Origin: a virus
Taxonomy: Duplodnaviria; Heunggongvirae; Uroviricota; Caudoviricetes
Virus record (IMG/VR): IMGVR_UViG_3300033153_005726
Span: 64,001 to 86,423 of that record
Length of the DNA: 22,423 nucleotides
Strand: one strand, 5' to 3'
A program made the position numbers and the translations under genes. This document shows positions 16,892 through 22,423 of this stretch, in pieces. Positions within the stretch are counted from its first letter, which is position 1. Each line of letters starts with the position of its first letter. The notes below the pieces were generated by a model. That model had not been told where the DNA came from. It saw only the letters and a list, made by a program, of their open reading frames with translations, and did no database searches.

Positions 16892-17314
16892 ATGAACGCA
16901 ATACTTATTAACGGTTTGGCAATAACTTATACAGTAACGGCAATATTTGACTATAGAGAAAACTACGCAGCCAACGACTGGGATGGCGAAGGTCACTGTC
17001 CACAATGCTGGAAGTGTAAATATGGCGATGATATACTGGTCGCTGATGGTATCACACAAGAAATGCTGGATGATGCAGCGTTCATGGAAACGCTGTATGG
17101 GATGGCAAGGGAGCATGATTATGGCAACGATTATGCTACTAATTGGTTCAGTCACTTTGATGTCTCACTCTCTGGTGCACCAACAAGAGATGAGGAAATG
17201 GACCTGGAGATGATGGAATGGGAAAGTAACATGGCTAGGGAAGCAGCATATGAGGAAGTGGGCAGTGACGGATACTGGATGACAGTAGCGGAAAGCATGG
17301 GTTATGAAGCGTAA
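16892..17314 (+). CDS. Hypothetical acidic phage protein with ENY..DWDGEG.CPQ.WK motif
   Basis: SD TAGGAG; the motif recalls a conserved uncharacterised phage family (from memory, not searched). Confidence 0.8.
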   Translation: MNAILINGLAITYTVTAIFDYRENYAANDWDGEGHCPQCWKCKYGDDILVADGITQEMLDDAAFMETLYGMAREHDYGNDYATNWFSHFDVSLSGAPTRDEEMDLEMMEWESNMAREAAYEEVGSDGYWMTVAESMGYEA

Positions 17315-17434
17315 GACGTGAAGGGGGTGGGTATCTTGACTGATACCGCCTCGTTATAAAGGGGTGGGTATACAGGGGTATACCCATCACATCTAAACAG
17401 GGGGATATAGACAGCCCCCATATAGGAGAACAGT

Positions 17435-17659
17435 ATGAAACGAGTAGCATGGATTACAAATGAGACAATCACCGTATGTGAAGTACCTGAAATTGACCTG
17501 TACGACCCTAGAGACGGTGAGTGCCAAAATGCATATGGGGTGCATACGGTAGCAGTGGACGGGGATATTAGTGATTATCATATTATCAACGTTATGGAAA
17601 CGGCATTTCTTGATTGGAGCACTGTTGACTATATTTGTGCAGAGCGGCATAGCAAGTAG
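17435..17659 (+). CDS. Hypothetical acidic protein
   Basis: SD TAGGAGAACAGT-ATG, 74 aa. Confidence 0.75.
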   Translation: MKRVAWITNETITVCEVPEIDLYDPRDGECQNAYGVHTVAVDGDISDYHIINVMETAFLDWSTVDYICAERHSK

Positions 17660-17672
17660 ACACCTGGATTAC

Positions 17673-17701
17673 TTGCTAAACGATGGTATATATACTATAC
17701 T
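17673..17701 (+). promoter_or_regulatory. Sigma70-type promoter
   Basis: TTGCTA-N17-TATACT followed by AAAAATAAAAACAC. Confidence 0.7.
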
Positions 17702-17768
17702 AAAAATAAAAACACACGGGGTATGTCACCTACGACATACCCCACAACAACCCTTAGGAGGGTATATC

Positions 17769-17987
17769 ATGACTACAAATAAACAAGTAGCTCAAACGAC
17801 AATAGCAGTTCAACATGGTGGCGACATTGACCATATCACTAAATGGGTTCATGCTGTCCGTATGACTGATGAAAATGATATGGGTACGACATTCACCCGT
17901 ATAGCCACTTGGTTCAATGAAACTTGGGAGGTTACCATTTATGAAGGCAATCAGTATGCTGCCGACATAATCAGCAAAACACTGTAG
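17769..17987 (+). CDS. Hypothetical protein (72 aa; start corrected from 17571)
   Basis: SD TAGGAGG directly upstream of ATG 17769; MTTNKQVAQTT... Confidence 0.75.
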   Translation: MTTNKQVAQTTIAVQHGGDIDHITKWVHAVRMTDENDMGTTFTRIATWFNETWEVTIYEGNQYAADIISKTL

Positions 17988-18049
17988 GACAAAACTAAAG
18001 GGGTGGCTCACTTACGAGGTGCCTCTTAATTCAAATTAGGGGACATAAC

Positions 18050-18448
18050 ATGGGACAGTATGGTAAATACAGTATTGAAGACAAGTTTAATTTCCACCCT
18101 TGTATTACAGTGACCGACTTTGCTGGACAAGGGGTGCCGCAGGAAGTGCAGGACGTACTTGAGGAATTAACCACCGACCTTAATCATGTTGAGGTACTTG
18201 AGGACATCAAAATTGCATGTTCATCAAATACAGGATGCTGCCCGAGTGATAAAGGTCCTGTTGAGTGGAGCGTAGGATCACAATATGAGGGTGGCTCTAC
18301 CTGTATATGGACGTCATATGAAAACAATGGGGTATACAGGTGGGTATACAGAGAGAGTTGGTCCGGTAATGACCATGCAGTAATTAACCAAGGACGGGAA
18401 GTGGTAGCTGATTGTTTGTGTCTTGCGACTGAAGGAAACCCTTACTAG
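18050..18448 (+). CDS. Hypothetical protein
   Basis: SD TAGGGGA, 132 aa. Confidence 0.75.
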   Translation: MGQYGKYSIEDKFNFHPCITVTDFAGQGVPQEVQDVLEELTTDLNHVEVLEDIKIACSSNTGCCPSDKGPVEWSVGSQYEGGSTCIWTSYENNGVYRWVYRESWSGNDHAVINQGREVVADCLCLATEGNPY

Positions 18449-18523
18449 GAGAATACAATGCACGCCTTGAGAGAGCGAGGGTATATAACCGTAGGTAAGA
18501 CATTGATTTGATTACCAAACTAC

Positions 18524-18552
18524 TTGACTTTAGATGGAATGTTTGGTACTAT
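18524..18552 (+). promoter_or_regulatory. Sigma70-type promoter
   Basis: TTGACT-N17-TACTAT followed by AAAAATAAAACAC. Confidence 0.75.
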
Positions 18553-18618
18553 AAAAATAAAACACAAGGGGCTGACCACCTACGGACAGCCCCACTATAA
18601 CCCCTAGGAGGGTATAAC

Positions 18619-18933
18619 ATGGCACGCATCAAACGACAGTTAATAATCAGGCGTGATGGTGAGACCACTGAAAAAACGGTATACACACCACAGGTCGTAA
18701 AACGTCCATCACCTAAAACATGGGAGAAGGTATGTATGACAGGTAGCACCGATGAGCAGCGTAAACGCCTCACCAATGGACAGTGGGCTGAATATAGTGA
18801 GCTCCGCAGGGGTTTACACATCATTGATCCAAACATGATGATTGAAGACGCAAGCCTCAGTACATTGCGGGACATCATGCGCACTGTTAATATCATGGAC
18901 TGCAAGGTGGCTATTCACCGTATGTCCGTATAA
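18619..18933 (+). CDS. Hypothetical basic protein
   Basis: SD TAGGAGG, 104 aa, Arg/Lys-rich. Confidence 0.75.
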   Translation: MARIKRQLIIRRDGETTEKTVYTPQVVKRPSPKTWEKVCMTGSTDEQRKRLTNGQWAEYSELRRGLHIIDPNMMIEDASLSTLRDIMRTVNIMDCKVAIHRMSV

Positions 18934-18999
18934 CACAACTGGGGTGGCTACGACAGCACCTCACAATTTACCCCTAAAGGGGTACACTAGGAGAACAGT

Positions 19000-19395
19000 A
19001 TGAAAATTTTAGTAGACCAAACAAGCTTTCAATCCCAGGATTATGCAGGCATCACCGACCCAGTAGCATCACTGTCCATTATTGAGGTACCTGATACGAC
19101 CAATGTGCAATTGATTAACAACGGCACTTCCTGTAACTTTATTTGGTTGGATGAACCTGATCAATACCCTATCATCCGCAATATTAATATCACACTGGAT
19201 GATGTGTTTATCAACCCTATGTGCGACACTGCCCCTGATCATATTTATGATGCCTTTGCATTTGACAAAGGGGACGTGCCTGCTGCAGGACAGCCTGATG
19301 ATGAACGGTTTAGGATGTCAGTAGCACTGCATCATCTGTATTACCGCATTGTTATCACTGAGGACATCATGGCCATTTACGCTGATTACTTATAG
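19000..19395 (+). CDS. Hypothetical acidic protein
   Basis: SD TAGGAGAACAGT-ATG, identical to that of 17435. Confidence 0.8.
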   Translation: MKILVDQTSFQSQDYAGITDPVASLSIIEVPDTTNVQLINNGTSCNFIWLDEPDQYPIIRNINITLDDVFINPMCDTAPDHIYDAFAFDKGDVPAAGQPDDERFRMSVALHHLYYRIVITEDIMAIYADYL

Positions 19396-19521
19396 GATAC
19401 CTAACCAACCATATAGTAGTGTCCTCTAAATAGTTAAGGGCTGTAAGTAGGGGACATTACTACAATTGTCTACTTTCACCGCCTAGGGCAAAGTAGATAA
19501 AACCTAACACAAGGATACCAT

Positions 19522-19860
19522 ATGAATTTCTTACTTATCGCAGCTTACAGGGCAGGTTATCAAATGTACGGTCCTGAATCAGGGCATGTCTACTTTTCGT
19601 TTTACTCTACTGATATCGTCCATACCACACTATCTGAACGTATTGAAGAGGATGAGGAGAACGGGTATGATCCTGAAGACTTTGGTTTACTTGGGACACA
19701 TGAGTATGGCTTTACCTTGGACGGGGTGGGTATTGATTGTGCCGACACCCTTATTTCAGAACATGCTACCCATGACACTTTTTACACTTATCATCCTGAA
19801 GTGGGTGTCTCAGTAATAACGGGGTGTAATGCAACACTGAGATGTGGTTCTAAAGAGTAG
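19522..19860 (+). CDS. Hypothetical acidic protein
   Basis: SD AAGGA, 112 aa, ERIEEDEENGYDPED. Confidence 0.75.
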   Translation: MNFLLIAAYRAGYQMYGPESGHVYFSFYSTDIVHTTLSERIEEDEENGYDPEDFGLLGTHEYGFTLDGVGIDCADTLISEHATHDTFYTYHPEVGVSVITGCNATLRCGSKE

Positions 19861-20225
19861 TAATCGGACGCTCACACGTCTAACAGGGGGTGGCATCTGC
19901 CTTGGTATGGCCTAATAAAAAAAGACGGGTACAGGGCAACCTCACGTCTTCGTCCTTCAAAAAGGACACCTGTCGTCTAAAACAATGTATCGTCCCGATT
20001 AGGGGTGGCACGTCCTTTCCACGACGATAGGAATTAGACAATACCGAATTAGAAATATTAGACGACCATATACTTTCGGGTCGGTATTTCATTTATTGGA
20101 CCAAAGGAGTCTGGGTCGCAATATAACAACGGGGATATGGACAACCACTCGTCCATGTCCATATATACCGTAGGTATATAGGACACCCTTAGAAATAAGA
20201 AGGAAACTATTTTCAAATAGAGGAA
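19861..20225. ncRNA. Candidate structured RNA/ssDNA element (unclassified)
   Basis: At least eight stems in 370 nt with no credible ORF; no family recognised. Confidence 0.35.
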
Positions 20226-20233
20226 ACTTTTAC

Positions 20234-20267
20234 TTGCAAATAGACACGAAACTTTGTAAATTATAAT
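20234..20267 (+). promoter_or_regulatory. Sigma70-type promoter
   Basis: TTGCAA-N17-TAAATT with an overlapping TATAAT; preceded by TAC like the other two early promoters. Confidence 0.65.
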
Positions 20268-20325
20268 TATCAATGAGGCACACCACTAATGGGAGCCTCA
20301 CATATAAACCCTAGGAGGGTACAAC

Positions 20326-20814
20326 ATGACAAATCTTAACACTTTCAAAGCTATTGCCGAGAGAGCAGTCAATTCACCTAAGATAGCTGAAATTACAGAC
20401 GCCAATGCTGCATTGGATGAGCTTAGACTTCTGAATCTGCAGGGGCAGATGCAAGGTAATCGCCACTTGTCACCGTTTGGACATAACGCTACTGCTACCA
20501 ACGGGGATATTGATTTTGCTCTGTGTCGTGGGGAGCGTTTGTTGGACGATGTGATTGACAAAGTAAGTCGTTTCAAGAAGACACGTAAGGCTGACTATAG
20601 TACAGACAGAGGCGCATTGGCAAAATGTGTAGATCAGCACTTGAAATTCTTGTCAGGCCGCAATAATGGTAAGAATCGCCTTGCAGACCGCCTTATACGC
20701 TTCATGGGTGAAGATAAAATGGCACAGGCCATTGAAATGGAAGCTCAGATACACGCTATCATGTCACCTATTTACGATAGGATGCACACTGCATACCTTG
20801 CCACCTATAAGTAG
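20326..20814 (+). CDS. Hypothetical early protein, paralog of 15105-15809
   Basis: SD TAGGAGG; shared motifs as above. Confidence 0.85.
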   Translation: MTNLNTFKAIAERAVNSPKIAEITDANAALDELRLLNLQGQMQGNRHLSPFGHNATATNGDIDFALCRGERLLDDVIDKVSRFKKTRKADYSTDRGALAKCVDQHLKFLSGRNNGKNRLADRLIRFMGEDKMAQAIEMEAQIHAIMSPIYDRMHTAYLATYK

Positions 20815-20830
20815 GACGATATAGGCTGAA

Positions 20831-20872
20831 GGGCACTCATTTACCACGATACAGGGTGGGTGAGTGCTCTTT
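20831..20872 (+). terminator. Hairpin/terminator after 20814
   Basis: GGGCACTCAT...GTGAGTGCTC followed by TTT. Confidence 0.55.
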
Positions 20873-20955
20873 GAAGGACTGCTCAGGAAGCATGCGGGGG
20901 AAACATGAAGGACTGCATGGGAAACATGAAGGACTGCTCAGGAAGCATGCGGGGG
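20872..20955. repeat. 29-bp direct repeat TGAAGGACTGCTCAGGAAGCATGCGGGGG x2 with partial copies
   Basis: Copies at 20872-20900 and 20927-20955; partial TGAAGGACTGC at 20906. Confidence 0.9.
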
Positions 20956-21020
20956 ATAACATACTGCCCAGGAAGCGTATAGGACTATACGGGGATAATA
21001 CTCACATAGGAGGACACAAC

Positions 21021-21092
21021 ATGAAAATCATCATAGCGATTATAGACATCATGGTATTGATAATGATACTGGTAGGAATAGCCAAGATATAG
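21021..21092 (+). CDS. 23-aa hydrophobic membrane peptide
   Basis: SD AGGAGGA, MKIIIAIIDIMVLIMILVGIAKI. Confidence 0.55.
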   Translation: MKIIIAIIDIMVLIMILVGIAKI

Positions 21093-21149
21093 AATAAACT
21101 GGAAGTAGAAAGAACACGTAACTAACTAATATCACAGGAGTAAATCATC

Positions 21150-21437
21150 GTGAAAAATAAATGTATTTCCGGGATCTCATATAGGAGCGTGAATGCAGCG
21201 AAAGAATCATTACACCGACAACAGGACTATGGGTGCCGTGTTAAGAGAGCCTACAGATGTAAGGAATGTGGGATGTTTCACTTAACAAGTAGTTCACGGC
21301 CATACCATAAAGAAGGAAGGGGGAGGGGGAAGAATAAGAGAATAAATGCCAAGACAGCCTTTTTAAGAAAGATGCTTGAGAGAAGAACTGCTAAACAGTT
21401 ATTACTAGGTAGACAACTCATGGAAGAATTAGTATGA
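21150..21437 (+). CDS. Basic putative zinc-binding protein
   Basis: GTG start with SD CAGGAG; C...RAYRCKECGMFHLTS. Confidence 0.75.
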   Translation: MKNKCISGISYRSVNAAKESLHRQQDYGCRVKRAYRCKECGMFHLTSSSRPYHKEGRGRGKNKRINAKTAFLRKMLERRTAKQLLLGRQLMEELV

Positions 21438-21515
21438 ACGGTGGGGGAGGAGTTAAGAACGGTGGGGGAGGAGTTAAGAACGGTGGGGGAGGAGTTATGA
21501 ACGGGGAGGAGTTAA
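21436..21515. repeat. 3 x 21-bp plus 1 shortened repeat GAACGGTGGGGGAGGAGTTAA
   Basis: Copies at 21436, 21457, 21478 and a 17-bp copy at 21499; each contains GGAGGAG. Confidence 0.95.
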
Positions 21516-21518
21516 GAA

Positions 21519-21815
21519 ATGGGTATCACTATTAGAGTAGGAGTTATTGCTATTGCTATTGGATTTGCTATAGCAGATGGAGTAGCAAGCAAGGATAGCG
21601 GTCACGAAACTTACCCTATTAAAGACTGTTGCCAGAACGGAGTGGGAAACCAGAACGGAGTGGGAAACCAGAATAAGTTGTTTGAATACCGTGCAGAGGA
21701 AAGGGACAAGAAGTTTATTGAAGATACAAAGTATAAACAAAGAAGGAGGGAAGAAAGGGCTAGAGAGAGGAATGAAGACTTTGATTACAAGATAAACCTT
21801 ATACTAGAGAATTAG
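21519..21815 (+). CDS. Hypothetical protein with N-terminal signal/transmembrane segment
   Basis: ITIRVGVIAIAIGFAIA; QNGVGN duplication (18-bp repeat at 21631-21672). Confidence 0.7.
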   Translation: MGITIRVGVIAIAIGFAIADGVASKDSGHETYPIKDCCQNGVGNQNGVGNQNKLFEYRAEERDKKFIEDTKYKQRRREERARERNEDFDYKINLILEN

Positions 21816-21818
21816 GAT

Positions 21819-22091
21819 ATGACTGAATGTAAGAGAAGTGCTGCTGGAAAAGGATACGTAGAATTGTGTTGTGGGACATGTTACAATGTACAAGAGTGTA
21901 CTGTACTAGACATTACCAATAAAGAAGATTGTACTGGATGGAGTAGTGCAGAAGAAGTATGCACTAGGTGTAAGTTTAACAAGGGGGAGGAAGATGTATT
22001 GAGACATCCCTTAGACGATAGGGATATGGTAGCCGTGGTAGAAGGTACCAAGGTGTGCATTTACTGCAAAGAGTGTAAAGAGGAAATATAG
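21819..22091 (+). CDS. Cys-rich hypothetical protein
   Basis: CxxC-type motifs CGTC, CTRC, CIYCKEC. Confidence 0.65.
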   Translation: MTECKRSAAGKGYVELCCGTCYNVQECTVLDITNKEDCTGWSSAEEVCTRCKFNKGEEDVLRHPLDDRDMVAVVEGTKVCIYCKECKEEI

Positions 22092-22237
22092 CTGAATTGG
22101 GCTGAATTGGATTCTATATGGGGTGGCTTAGATCTATACGGTTGCAAATAGACATAACCCCCTGTATAGTATATGTATCAGTGTATGTATCAATGGGTAA
22201 CTCAATAAAGGGATACCCGTAACGTAGGAGACTTAAT

Positions 22238-22423
22238 ATGTCAGTTCCATTGAATAACGAAGTATCAACTGTTAGCGTGAAGAAGAAGAGTGCACGTAGC
22301 AAGACCATGTGTACTATGACGAAGGTGTTCGATGCGATGAATGAAACCCGTCAGCAGTACCAGGATGGGTTGCTTCACAGAGGTGAGGCAGTAAGGATTA
22401 TGCAAAGGAAGTTGGAAGAGTTA
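22238..22423 (+). CDS. Hypothetical protein, 5' part (runs off the window)
   Basis: SD TAGGAG, MSVPLNNEVSTVSVKKK..., open to the window end. Confidence 0.7.
   Translation, partial: MSVPLNNEVSTVSVKKKSARSKTMCTMTKVFDAMNETRQQYQDGLLHRGEAVRIMQRKLEEL

Noticed and set aside
19861-20225. tRNA, tmRNA or hammerhead ribozyme
   Set aside because: No TTCGA T-loop cloverleaf and no CTGANGA/GAAA core could be found.
20856-21020. 78-aa ORF 20856-21092 as listed
   Set aside because: The N-terminal part is just the translated repeat; the only good SD supports the 23-aa peptide from 21021.
16208-22308. Minus-strand ORFs in the early region (16208, 16363, 16862, 17235, 17393, 17754, 18549, 20058, 20298, 21495, 22114)
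   Set aside because: Antisense to SD-supported plus-strand genes, or composed of hairpin/repeat sequence.
1-22423. Prophage/temperate call and host assignment
   Set aside because: No integrase, repressor, att site or bacterial flank in the window, so there is no basis for either claim.

Overview
A 22.4-kb piece of a tailed dsDNA phage (siphovirus-like gene order) with two divergent halves. Minus strand, 14031 to 1: a complete morphogenesis operon behind a clear sigma70 promoter. It encodes TerS, TerL interrupted at its Walker A motif by an Ala-start LAGLIDADG intein, portal, scaffold, a free-standing HNH-AP2 endonuclease, P22-type major capsid, head-tail connectors, tail tube, a tail chaperone with a -1 frameshift, and the 5' part of the tape measure gene. 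Plus strand, 15105 to the end: small unknown, mostly acidic early-type genes separated by hairpins and repeated promoter/leader cassettes. Between the halves (14032-15104) is a repeat-rich noncoding region that may hold the genome terminus. The most striking unexplained signal starts abruptly at ~14909. Over ~1.3 kb, GA occurs only as TGA and TC only as TCA (about 80 such sites by hand count, one exception, in a Shine-Dalgarno); the bias then fades by ~16880. Other notable items are a densely structured 370-nt intergenic region (19861-20225), a conserved hairpin-loop leader family and a paralogous early gene pair. All counts are by eye, no database searches were run, and host and lifestyle cannot be determined from this window.
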